Part shown: piece by piece, positions 14,609 to 27,283 of the stretch
How the letters are laid out: each line of letters opens with the position of its first letter
Numbering within the stretch: position 1 is the first letter of the stretch
From: Folioceros fuciformis
Lineage: Eukaryota
NCBI GenBank assembly: GCA_049999805.1
Contig: JBNGIO010006304.1
Location: 117,260 to 158,040 of the forward strand
DNA length: 40,781 nucleotides
Direction of reading: 5' to 3'
Notes under the pieces: model-generated
Told to the model about the DNA's origin: nothing
What the model saw: only the letters and a program-made list of their open reading frames with translations
Databases searched by the model: none
Translations under genes and position numbers: made by a program

Positions 14609-15489
14609 ACACTTCTGTTAGCTCCTCCTTTGTAAGAGACATAGGAACCACGCACTTTGTACGTAATTGGTAGGTATGGTAATTGTTGCTTCTGCTATGG
14701 TGGTCCGAAAGTGAACGAGGATACTTCATTCTCAAAGTGGATGAGGAAGCTTTCTTGGACAAAAAAATGAAAGATGGAAACGTCTCTGTTCTTTTTTAAA
14801 AGCGCGTCGTGCCACCCTTCTCGCGGATTCATGTGGGTAGATGGGTTTGGTAATCTTAATTCAGACATGAAAGTCATAAGTCCCTGGCTCATGCGTTCCG
14901 AGCTATGGGTGGTTCCATGCGGGTTGCACACAGTTATCTTAGCTATGTGTCGGAAATGTACAAGTGCAGTTGCGCGCACAGGCTCACATAGGGCCGGTGA
15001 GGAGAAGTAACACACTTAGCCAAAAATGAGTTTCCAAAAATGAGTTTCCTCTTCCATTGTCTTTCCTTGTGTATGAGCCCTCCCGGGGCATATCCAAAAC
15101 TAATCAGGGTAGTCCATGTCTCCAGAATTCGTGTTCATGCTGCAACTTGGTGTGTATGTTCCAATTCACCACATTTTGCAAACATGTCCATCAACCAAGT
15201 GCCTATCACTATGTCCTTCCGCATTACACTTTTCACATTTGTGACATTGAAGTTTGTGTATAGGCCTACTCAAGAACAAGCAAGAGTAGAAAGGATATCC
15301 AAAATGAGGCCTACCGACTCCACATGAGCATATGCAATCAGAGCCTCCTGTCTTGATACCTTGTTGGGCGAAGGATATCCATCACTTAACAGAGGGTGTT
15401 GGCCATGAGTGTAAGGAAGCAGCTTTTTCATCTTGATGGTGGGTTAGCATTTCACATTCTAGGGACAAAGTTTTTAATTTTAAGGGGAT

Positions 15490-15870
15490 TGTAGGTAACT
15501 TCAACAAAGGTATTATGGCACTAGTCCCCTTAGGTAATCTAAGTACCCTTCATTAGGTTGTCTGAAGATGGTTTTCATTTTTTTTATTATGAGATAATTA
15601 TTTTGGGAACAAAGTTCCAAGATAGTAGGTGATTTCAATCATGATATCATGGGGCTAGTCTTCTTAGATAATCTAAGTATCCTATATTGGGTTGTCCTTC
15701 CTTTTTAAGGGATGGTTTCCATATCTTCTTTTATTATAAAATATTTATTATTCTGAATATAGTAGGTAATCTCAACAAATGTATGATGGGGCTAGCCCTT
15801 AGATAATCCAACTATCTAGTCCGCTTCCTTTTTAAGGGAGATGATTTCCATCTCTTCTTTCATTATAGAA
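15490..15870. repeat. Three diverged ~135-bp AT-rich units upstream of RPS6
   Basis: gtaggt(a/g)a..tcaa...atgg..ctag..c.ttag.taatc.aa.ta recurs near 15491, 15625 and 15762. Confidence 0.7.
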
Positions 15871-15957
15871 ACTTTATTTTCTAATTAAAAAGTTGCCAAA
15901 ATTATAATATTTTGCTACCGAGGATTGTTTCCTAGAACGGCCGCCAAGCCGAGCGCC

Positions 15958-16036
15958 CCTATATATTAGTTCGTTGCCCTAACCCTTTTCGCACGTCCAT
16001 CTATAGCTTGAGGAACTCAGCGAATTCCTTTTCCTG
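15958..16036 (+). promoter_or_regulatory. RPS6 core promoter: TATA-like box, telo-box-like ccctaaccct and pyrimidine tract
   Basis: tatatatt at ~15960, ccctaacccttttc at ~15977 and ttccttttcc at ~16025, 50-130 nt upstream of the ATG. Such elements are typical of plant ribosomal-protein genes. Motif match only. Confidence 0.45.
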
Positions 16037-16086
16037 CCTCGTCGCGCTCTGCATACAGCGAGACTTGGAGTTCTGTCGCAGTCGCG

Positions 16087-17413
<1,327 letters not shown>

Positions 17414-18098
17414 TTGCAAGGCACAGATTTTGATTCTTTTCGGAGACTTCGAGGCCGAGGTTTAGGCCGGTGTCACTAGATTTTTGGTATCATTAGGTCT
17501 CTCGATGTAAAGTGCAGATCCTAAGGAACGGTCCGATGTCGTGAATATCTAGAGGCTCTAGTATTATCCTTTCGCGGAAAGGTGTGACAGCTTGAGATTG
17601 ATAAGTAATAGAAATCTGCCAGATTTCACGCTGAAATAATTGTGCAGGAAGATTTTCCCCGTCACATGCTCCCTTCAATAGAGTCCACCCAACTCCGGCC
17701 GATAAGCTCCCCAACTGAACCCGCGTCAGATGTCGGCTTCCCCAGCGTTAGCGACATGGGACATACATGGAACCGAGCTAGGATAGACGTAGGAAAAATG
17801 TTTCACAAAACGAATCTGTGAATTCTCTTTACATTAAAGAGCTACCGCATAACTCCAAAAGACCCTAGCCCTTTCACCCCGCAAACGACACTAGAGCACA
17901 TTTCGCAACTCTCACATGGAGTGCTGATTTTGAAGCACCTCTCCTCTCCTCATCAGGTGACGGTGTGGCTGGTTTCATCTCATGAGATACTCCGCTTACT
18001 CAAGTCGAGTGAGTAGAAATTTTGATGCATTGGCCTTCCAAGTTTTTTCTTTTCCCTTCTGAGCCGCCGGGGTGTGGAAAACAAACATTCGTGGTTTT

Positions 18099-18630
18099 GT
18101 TGTGTTGCTTCTGCAGTCGTGCCTTTTTTGACAAGCGTCTGGCGCAGGAGGTGAACGGAGACGTCCTTGGACATGTAGGTTGAGGGCTTCCAATATCAGG
18201 AAGCTGTTCAATCTCTAGCGAGGACCACGACGTGCGCAAGTACGTCTACAACATATCGACAAACTTTCATCTCTCAGGCAGGTATGTGGTTGCTGGGGTG
18301 ATAATTCTTCTCTCGTTCTAGATCCCCACTTTCGAACACGAATAAATACTTTATGACATACTCGCATTCTGGTCATCCAAACAGTCGGATCGAAGCATGC
18401 TGTATGCTGACGCTGTTCTGGCTGATATATTGCACGCAGAAAGCGGAGCAAGGCTCCGAAAACCCAGCGCTTGGACTCCAGTGACTTCGCAGAGGAAGCG
18501 CTCCAGAGTTGCGGAGGAGAACAGAGCGTACAAAGCGAAGAATGAAGCGGCGGAGCAGCAAATGCTCATCGGCCTGCATCTCAAGGAGCAGCTGTAGCAT
18601 AAGAGTGAGAGTTTGGCTACGAAGCTTGCT
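18099..18630 (+). pseudogene. RPS6: Tandem, unprocessed RPS6 pseudogene fragment with internal deletion
   Basis: Copy of intron-2 acceptor + exon 3 (18117-18174) + donor gtaggttg, fused at ~18183 to mid-exon 6 (agggc..aggaagctgttcaa..gacgtgcgcaagtacgtc). Followed by an intron-6 homologue (tctcgttctagatcc) and exon 7 with mutated acceptor (cac for cag), a 2-nt deletion and a premature TAG at 18595-18597. Confidence 0.9.
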
Positions 18631-19169
18631 TACAATGGCCGCCTGGAAGACGGACAGATAGTAATTCATTTGGTTCAATTTTGCGTCATCGCTGTGTATT
18701 CCATTCCGAAGTGCGCAATCTCTTTTTGCTAATTTTGCTCGTAGCTATCGGTGTGGCGTTCGTTTGCTCAATTTAAAACTGCAAGTAAGAACTGCTGTTC
18801 CTCCGCTGAATAGCAAGCTTATGAAGTTTATCTCAGCTACTGAGCGTGGAATAAGATCCTAGTGACAAAAACACTGATATACGCGAAAAATGGAGTGCTA
18901 AATAGCGTCTTCCGAGAGAAGGAACGGGGAGTCTTTTGAGGGTAGGGGAGCAACTAGCAGGAACGACGAGATAATATGGTACAAGAGCAGTGGCAGTCGA
19001 GAGTACTAGTACAGGCCTCCTTCCGTGCTGCGCCCCGCCATGCATGCTCCGCTCTCCTCCAAGCATCGCATTCCACCTCGCTTCGGCTCCGCTCGGCTCC
19101 ATCCCTGCCATGCTTGTTCCTGCCAGTTGCTCACAACCCCCATGGCATTATCTCCGTGCTCTTCCTTCC

Positions 19170-21174
19170 TCAAGCCCCAGGCTGCCGCGGCAAAACGGGC
19201 GTTGCTACTCCTGATTCCGGTGCTGTTGGACCTGCTGTTCCTGCTGCTGGCTTCTCCTCCTCCACCTTCTCCCACTCAAACCGCCCAGGCAGCGGCACAT
19301 CGTTCACCGGATCAAAATTGTATCTGCGGGCCATGCAATATGAGTGAGGGAACATTCTTGGTGTGAAAACCAAGTGCAAGGAGTAATCCGAAGCTTGGTA
19401 GACAAGCATCACCTTTCAGCAAAGCGTTGGTGGTCGCGGCCCTCGGCCACAGAGAAGAAGTCGTCGAGCTCGGAGGCGGTGGGAGCTTCGAAGAGGCGGC
19501 GGCGACGACTGGGTCTCCAGCCTCCATCCTGCGGAGTGGGCAGGCGGGAACAGGCCTCAGGGGTATCGCAATCCTGGTCCCTGGAGTAACTGCTGGGCGT
19601 ACTTTCCCGGACATTCCTCAGGCTACTGCGTGTGGACGGGCGAGATATTTCACTGCACAACCACACGAGGCAGCGCCAATGTGCATCATCACTCCAGGAC
19701 TCTCAACGTTCAAACAAAAAACATTCAACTTCCTTCATCACCATACGCACTTACGTACCTATCCTTGGCCGAGAATCTGTCCAGCTCCATGGCGCTGTCG
19801 CCGAATGCATTGTCTCCAAACGACACCTCCACCTGAAGCACTCAGGCAACCCACACACAAGCAAAATGTAGCCAAGGACCCTTGGCCATGGAAAGCAATG
19901 CGAAGAAAGACGGCATTTTCACAGATAAGAAGCAAACAACAGCAACTTTCCTCCCTGATCACGGCGGCCCTGGACCATGGATGCTTGCATGACACGGGCC
20001 CCATTCCATACCATGGTCGCACCAACTGGCGTTCAAAACAAGTTCAGAAAAGGGAAACAGAACCCACACTAACCTCGAGACTCTTGGGATTGGGGAACTC
20101 GGAGGGATCTGCAGCGTCCTGGACCAGAACATGCCGCGATGTGGGAGACGAGCCAGAATTCCGCGCCATCCTGTTCGACTCCGAATTTAATTTCCCCGAG
20201 GCAGAGGCCGACGGGAGAATCGCAGAGGGAGGAGGGAGACAAGGAGGAGACGGCACCTCAGCCGCTGCCGCAGAAGTAATAGCATCAGCAACGACAGAAG
20301 CGGAAGCTGCAGCTGGCGGCATCCCCACGACCTGCTCTTCCAACGCCGCCTTCGCTACCTTGCTCCTGGCGTTGCTACGAGTGTTGGCCTTCCGCTTGGT
20401 CCCAGTGGTGGGCAAGGACGCCTTAGCTGCGCTCCCTGAGCTCCTGCTGCTGCCGGGAGTTCGCGCATTCCGGAGGCCCGACCGCCCACCTTCATGAGCA
20501 GGCACAGCCACCGCCTCCGCCTCCGGGTCTGCGGAATTGGCATTCCTCGATGCGGCTGCAGCGGCTTCGGCAGGCCTCATCCTCGAGTACCTGGACTCCT
20601 TCAATTTTGCCCCGCTGCTATCCTCGCCTGCTATCCTACCGTGCGGGGTGGGAGTGGAGGTGGAGCCTCGCCGCCTCACGTTAATGTCCCTGTCGGCCAC
20701 AACCACGGCCTTGTCCTTGTCTTTCTCCTTATCCGTCTTCCTACTGCGCAATGAGTAGCTGTTGGAATTGGGCGGCGAAGGCTCGGCAGCCTGCTTTTGC
20801 TTGAGCTTCTGTTGTGCCTTGGGCTGAGGCTGAGGCTGGCGCTGAGTGGGAGTGGGAGGCTGAGCCTGTTCCTCCTCAGGAAGCAGAGCAGCATGCTCTT
20901 CCTCCGCTCCAGCCTCTGCCTGGACGGCTCTCCGCTCCATCTCCATGGCGACAGCGGCAGGGGCAGCCTCCTCCTCCTCTTGCGCCTGCTCCCCCCTCCG
21001 CTTCTCCTTCTCCTGCTCCTCACTGGCGCTCTGAGCCAGCGCCAGTTTGCGGTCCTGCTCCAAGGCCAGAGTCCTCGCCCGCGTCCTCACACCCATGGAG
21101 CCCTGTTGTGTCGCATCCATCGCACCTGTTAGTCTTGGTCGAACGCCTTTCCTCTTCCACATATACTTTCCCAT
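19170..21174 (-). CDS. KRP: Cyclin-dependent kinase inhibitor, KRP/ICK (Kip-related protein); 4 coding exons
   Basis: Exons 21174-20074, 19832-19759, 19652-19413, 19323-19170, phase-consistent. KRP motifs: [77 protein letters not shown]. Confidence 0.92.
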
Positions 21175-22499
21175 GCTAACCCGTCATGAACCCCACCGCC
21201 GGGAACCCCAAATCCAACATGAGCGCTGAACCTGGAGAAGCTTCCCACAAAACCTGTCGACTCGGGGCCACTTATTTTGTGAGTGCACAATGCGCAGGCA
21301 GCCACACAAGAATGACGGCGGCCAAATTCTACGTGTCTTCCCACATGTCTAACTGCCAAATGCTGTTGAGAGAGCAGCCGCCGGCCGCTGACATCTACCC
21401 TCCGCCAAGGAGGCTTGAGCGCGCTTCCCAGCACACGGCTTGAAAGAGGCAGGCGAGGCGACCCACAGTCCACAGAGCTTCGTCGTCCTTGCACGCACAC
21501 GGGGAGCTTCAAGCACCACAAGCCCGCTCCCTCCAGAGTACACTGTACACACCTGGCTGTCTTGTCTTGCCTTGACTTGACTTGTGTTCCCTCCTCTTCC
21601 TTCGTCGCAGGCTCGAGCAGTCGGCGTAGCAGAGGCACACACGTTCCTCACACTTGTGCCAAGTAAGCAGGGAGACCAACTGAAGCAGCTGCCCCACGAG
21701 CAACGGAATCTCTTCCCCGCAACGAGGACAGCAAGGCCGCGGCAGACGCAATGGGCACAGTAGCAGTAGCCCGGCGTTTGCGGGAGGGCAGGCAGCTAGT
21801 TCCCTCGCTCCTGCTATCGGGTTCCCCTCAGACCGCAATTAGGTGAGAGTAGAAGAGACTCCGAGGAATAAGGCACCGAGGTGGAGCAGCTCCAAACAAA
21901 TTGGAAAATAAGATTGCTGGCCACCCGCTGCCTAGAAAGAGGAGCTGCAGCGACTCAGGAAACAGGGTGAAGACAACAAAATCCGCCTCCCGCCACGGAA
22001 GGTCGCAAAGCAGGAGAGGTGAGGGCAGGTGCAAGACACACGGCGCACAAAACCTAACCGGAGAGGCATAAGGCGGAGTGGCCACAATTTGAAGGTGTGA
22101 ACAGGCGTCCCCCTTGCCGGCGAGCACAAAAGAGGGTAGACGGCTGGAACGAGGAGCGGCCACAGACAGACAGACAAGGGAGGGAAGGAGAGGAAGAAAA
22201 CGGAGGAAAAGGGAGGAAAGGAAAGAGGGCGCAGGCTCAGCAATTTGCACACCCAGCTCCAAGCTCACCTCCGCTAGCCCAGAGCAAAGCAGAGCCGAGG
22301 AGGGCAAGGAAGGCGTACAAATTGCGAAAGCAATCTAGAAATTGGAAGGAGGCGGGGAGGGAGACGCCCTCGTGTTCGCACTCGCCCGCTCCATGCGCAG
22401 AGAAGGGCCCGCAGCCCCACGGCCGGCAGCTGATCGCTCCAGAGAATGAAAAAGCAGGCACAAGCTCCAGGCACGACCGCCCGGGAGCTCTGCTCTGGA

Positions 22500-23650
22500 T
22501 CAGCGCCACAACGGAAATTCAAAAAGCAGGCACAGCGCAAGGCGCTACCATGCTGACCCGACGACGACAGAACTAACCACGGCAGCGAGACCAGAGGACA
22601 CGACACGACAGGACGCGACGCGGAACGAGACGAGAGGCGTAGTAGCGCGGAGACGGAAGCCAGCGGGGAGACGAGGCGAGAAGGGAGGAGAAGGGCGGCG
22701 AGGAGGAGGAGCAGTAGCAGCAGGGGCAGGAGGGGAAGGAGGGGAAGGAGACGCTAGTCGGCGAGGAGAGGAGCTGNNNNNNNNNNNNNNNNNNNNNNNN
22801 NNNNNNNNNNNNNNNNNNNNNNNNNNNNNNNNNNNNNNNNNNNNNNNNNNNNNNNNNNNNNNNNNNNNNNNNNNNNCCCCACCGAGGGAGGGGGAGATAG
22901 CGCCAGGAGCCCCCCCGCCTGAAGCAGGCGGGGAGAGATGGTGCCACGGCGCGCCCGGGCTAGACGTGCCCTTTTCCGCGTGGCGTGAAAACGGCGGATG
23001 TGGGAAGTTGTAGAGCGGGCGGCGGAAGCGAGGGTGCAGGATAGATAAGCACGGGCGCAGCCACCGGGCAATACGGACAGTGCGCGAGCAAGCAAAGGGG
23101 GCAGCATTATAGAGCGGGAACAGAGGCGGGGCGGCGAAACCTGGGGGGTGGGGTGGGGTTTCGCCGAGAGGAGGAGGGGCCTGATGGGGCCAGCGCCTGG
23201 GCCTGTGCCAGGGCCCAGGGCCCAGCGCCAGCGCCGCTTTCTTCATTAATTAGGCGCGGGAGGCGGGGGCCCGGGTGGGGTGAAACTGGGCTTACCACGT
23301 CCTGTGAAGCCGTACCTTTTCTTCCTGACGGCTGGCGGAGGCAAAAGCCCGGAACTGGGCGCCATGGCAGCGCGGCGAAACTGGACGCTGTCCCTTTGCC
23401 GGGGCCCGGGCACCGCGTTAATGGCGCGGCCTGCGCCTGCGCCAGCGCGGTAACTGCGTCCGGCGTCCGGCCTCTGGTCCGGCAGCCAGAGCTGTTATGT
23501 AAACATGTATGTATCATGTACTGACTGTATGTTACATAGGCGTTGTATATCTTTTTACGCTCCAGCCGGGGAGGTTGGCCGGCTGGGTCCGGCCCGGCCC
23601 GGCCCGGCCCGGCCCGGCGCTTTTCTTTCCGTTGCGCCACCAGGCGAGTC
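22500..23650. promoter_or_regulatory. GC/CpG-rich island upstream of KRP with many GGGCC/GGCCC (site II/TCP-like) motifs and a (GGCCC)n run
   Basis: Visibly GC- and CG-dinucleotide-rich sequence; gggcc clusters at ~23187-23225 and ~23267; GGCCC repeats at ~23591-23615. Regulatory role inferred. Confidence 0.4.
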
Positions 23651-24097
23651 TTTAAGACCCGTTTCCGAGTGAGGATTTGTTTCCGACCCCGGCCCTCGGT
23701 CCAGGAATCTCGTCGCTAAAGCACCGGTCAAATCCTGACACAAAAGACAGTGCCGACGAAACCCGAAGTTCCCCGAATCATTCCACAAATTAATCTACAT
23801 GCATTAATGTACATAACCAGCTGAAAATATGGAATTGAAGAGGCAAGTTGAAGGGGGCGAGGTCCGGAGGAGGGACACCGAGTGGTCAGGAGGGCCAGGA
23901 GCCGCAGACTGCAGTGCACCCCCAAAGGACAGCCCGGGGAATATCCACGTCGCTCCGTCTTGCCACTCCTGCTGCTCCTCCTTGCCTTCGCTGCGCTTCA
24001 CTCTAGGCGCACAGCTGCCAGCCGGGGAGATTGATTATGTAAGCATGACTCCCTCCATGATCTCAAACTTGCACTGCACATTCGCTTTTATGTGCTT

Positions 24098-24141
24098 TGC
24101 TTGGCTGGGCTTGGCTTGGCTGGGCTTGGCTTGGCTTGGCT
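24098..24141. repeat. (GCTTG/GCTGG)n pentanucleotide microsatellite
   Basis: gcttggctgggcttggcttggctgggcttggcttggcttggc. Confidence 0.85.
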
Positions 24142-24745
24142 TTGCATCACCAAATGCTCCCAATCAACAACCATTATTATTAGCCTTGCCCACATAACTT
24201 CAAGAGACTAGATGAGATAAGACATCCCCTCTATCATCCTTGCACCACAAACTCATCTACCTACATAAAGTCCTCTCCTCTCCTCTTCAAAACATGTCCT
24301 TAGGCCTGGAGCAAGCTTGATTTATATTCCAATATGAACTACTTATCCATATCCATAGGCAAGTAATGCAACCAACTGCATTAGTCTACCACATGCATGT
24401 ACACAACACACCTAACTCAAGTTCATTAAACAAGTTCTCACCTATAATCCATCCACTTCGGCAAGGCAAGAACGTGCACCAGACCACACACGATACTACT
24501 CTCTACCTTGCTAGTACAATTGCATATGTGTACTTTCCCAATCCAAATCGTTATCCCTCTACTATCATGTTAGTGTATTGACATGCTACAAAGCCATCTT
24601 AATGAGTTGAGCCACACATACGGACCACCCACACACTACTTCATGATGGCATGTCTCTTAACGAGTTGGGTAGGTTTTGGATGAGCACTATATGAGCACA
24701 ACGCTCACTATGTACATATCCTCCTCCTCGTATCCGCACATCTTG

Positions 24746-24850
24746 GAGCCATAAATTCACATCCTTGTGCCAAAGGAGAGGAGCCATAAATTCACATCCT
24801 TGTGCCAAAAGAGAGGAGCCATAAATTCACATCCTTGTGCCAAAGGAGAA
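24746..24850. repeat. 35-bp tandem repeat x3
   Basis: gagccataaattcacatccttgtgccaaa(g/a)gaga(g/a) at 24746, 24781 and 24816. Confidence 0.95.
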
Positions 24851-25361
24851 GTGCATTGAATATGCTCATGCTCTACCTAGCCTAGTGGAATGGAATGTCA
24901 GCTTTCCACGCCATGACTTTGCAAGGTCATTAAAGCGAACTAACCAACTACTTAAAGTCTTCAGTGAGCATTTACTTGGAGCCCACGTGCCTACCAAGGA
25001 TCTCTTACACACAATACTTCGTGCACCATATGTGATGCGCCAACCCAACCTACGCTACATTTATGTGTCCGAATTTAACCACACACTAGGGTGCTGTATT
25101 GTATTGTCAGAGTGGTCAGTCGACCACCCTGATGCCTGCCGGACTCCCACCCGCTTATGTCCTTGGTACAATTCCAAGTTTGGTGGATTCAACCACTGCA
25201 ACCACCAAATATTTATGTACATATGTACAAAAAGTTAAGCACGTGGGTTTCATACGTACTTATCAGTCCTACCTATTTGTCTACCTACTTGCCTGCCTGC
25301 TTGCCATCGTGCACCCCAAGTATGGCAAAACCCATCCATTCGTACCTAGAGTTAAGGTGGG

Positions 25362-25497
25362 TAGCGCATTGTAGTACTGTACTAGTGAATACCTACTCAC
25401 TCAGGACTAGGGATGGAACCAAATCGAGTGATAGCGCATTGTAGTACTGTACTAGTGAATACCTTCTCACTCGAGATCAGACATGGAACCAAAATCA
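25362..25497. repeat. ~70-bp tandem duplication
   Basis: tagcgcattgtagtactgtactagtgaatacct(a/t)ctcactc...atggaaccaaa at 25362 and 25432. Confidence 0.85.
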
Positions 25498-26421
25498 GAG
25501 CCCAAAATCAGAGCCCACTAGTCAATACTTACCCACTTTAGTGCTCCCTAAGGTTAGTAGCTACCCACCTTTATTCATCCTGAGGTCATTATCTACCCTC
25601 TCCTGTGTTCCCTAAGATCAGTTCCTACCCTCTTTCGTGCTCCCTAAAAGTGGTTGAAACCATGTGTGTAATTAGGCACAAAGTACATACATAATGAGTT
25701 CATTATGATACACTACACTACTTGTATGTTTAAGTGTAAATAGTTATCACCTGTAACCAAAGCTATAGTACAAACCTTCCTGTCACACAAGTTTGGCAAA
25801 AGCTATCCTTGTAGTTTTGAGAGGCATGGGAGGGAAGGGGAGGGAACTTTGGAGTGTGATTTTTTTTTTTTATGGCTGAGGTCATGCTTCTTGTGACCAT
25901 AAGTGGAGTTTGTTATTTGTGATGAAAATTATCATAACTTGTTCACATAATCACTATATAGTGTAGTACAAAATGGTGACTTGATGTAACATTCGTGTAG
26001 TGATATTCACATCTGGTAAATATTATGTTGGTTGGCAAGTTGTCATGTATGCTTTAATTTCAAATATTGATTGTAAATACGATCGACAAGGGTTGCAAAG
26101 AGAAGACATGCTTGACCAAACATGTATGGTTGGGTCTACCTAGGAATGACTTGTCTTGTCTTTTCTTGTCCTATGGTATGTTATGTTGTTGAACATGTTC
26201 ACCAGCCATCACCTTGGGTGTCTAGTGAGTGGAGAGGAAAAAACAATGTTTAAAGAGTTTGGCATAAGAATTTGTATTTCAAAATTCCATGGATAATATT
26301 ATATGAATGAAGGATGAGTATTGAGATAAAGACGGTGTAGATGTCCTCTCACCCTTATCTTGGCAAGAGAGGTACTGTATAATAAAAAGCACGAGAATAA
26401 AATGGAGGTGGGACGAATCTA

Positions 26422-26615
26422 GAATGCCATAGACTAGGTCGCCAAGAGCTTAGACAATCGAAGAAGTCATTAGTTGAAAACTCATACCAAATGTACTTCA
26501 AGCATGTAGTTTGGTTTGAATGCCATAGACTAGATCGCCAAGGAGCTTAGACAATTCAAGAAGTCATTAGTTGAAAACTCGTACCAAATGTACTTCAAGC
26601 ATGTAGTTTGGTTTG
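26422..26615. repeat. ~96-bp tandem duplication
   Basis: gaatgccatagactag.tcgccaag...tacttcaagcatgtagtttggtttg at 26422 and 26518. Confidence 0.9.
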
Positions 26616-27088
26616 TCGGTTATAACTGCCTACTAATCCTAAATGAAACATACTTAATTAACTCAAAGGTATAACCTAATTTATATATACGTAATTAAGG
26701 TATACTCCCAGTCACACTCCCAGTCATTTGTTATACAAACTAGACATAAGTTCTTGTTAAATGAATCACCAACTCCCATGTGTGTCTCATAAATCCAAAC
26801 AAACAGTACTCTTTCGATACCAGACTTCTTCAATTGCGCCCTAGTCTTCAAAGTCGGCAGTCACCGGTCTTCAAAGTCGGCAGCCACCGCACTTACTGCA
26901 CAGCTGCTAGATAGGTCAATTCCACCTTACCAGTTTGCTTTCCTTACGCTCAACATGGCAGGAACAGCAGCCACGCCAATTACCTTATCTGTCACTGATC
27001 CCATATTGCGGAGGAAGAGCCTGAAAGTCACACCGCGACAAGTTCGATGAAGATAGCTCCCTGTGTAGTGAAGAGGGAGCCTCCCTCT

Positions 27089-27283
27089 ATGCCGATAGCT
27101 CATGTCATGATTGATCTATGTAGCTGTAGGGATCTTATGCCGATAGCTCATGTCATTATTGATCTATGCAACTATAGGGATCTTATGCCGATAGCTCATG
27201 TCATGATTGATCTATGCAGCTGTAGGGATCTTATGCCGATAGCTCATGACATGATTGATCTATGCAACTGTAGGGATCTTATG
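27089..27283 (+). repeat. 48-bp minisatellite x4 (open frame encodes MPIAHVMIDLCSCRDL-like units)
   Basis: atgccgatagctcatg.cat.attgatctatg.a.ct.tagggatctt at 27089, 27137, 27185 and 27233. Confidence 0.95.

Noticed and set aside
19427..20497. 356-aa plus-strand ORF and other long ORFs opposite KRP and IFT54
   Set aside because: Antisense shadows of GC-rich coding sequence with no recognisable motifs.
21828..23640. Numerous 100-230-aa ORFs in the GC-rich region upstream of KRP
   Set aside because: Low-complexity Pro/Arg/Ser/Leu translations, some spanning the N gap; expected by chance at this GC content.
24837..25444. ORFs of 91-133 aa in the AT-rich block
   Set aside because: No recognisable domain; the starts overlap tandem repeats; likely decayed repeat DNA.
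24746..27283. CRISPR-like appearance of the 35-, 48- and 70-bp repeats
   Set aside because: Units are directly adjacent or have homologous linkers, there are no unique spacers or cas genes, and the context is eukaryotic.
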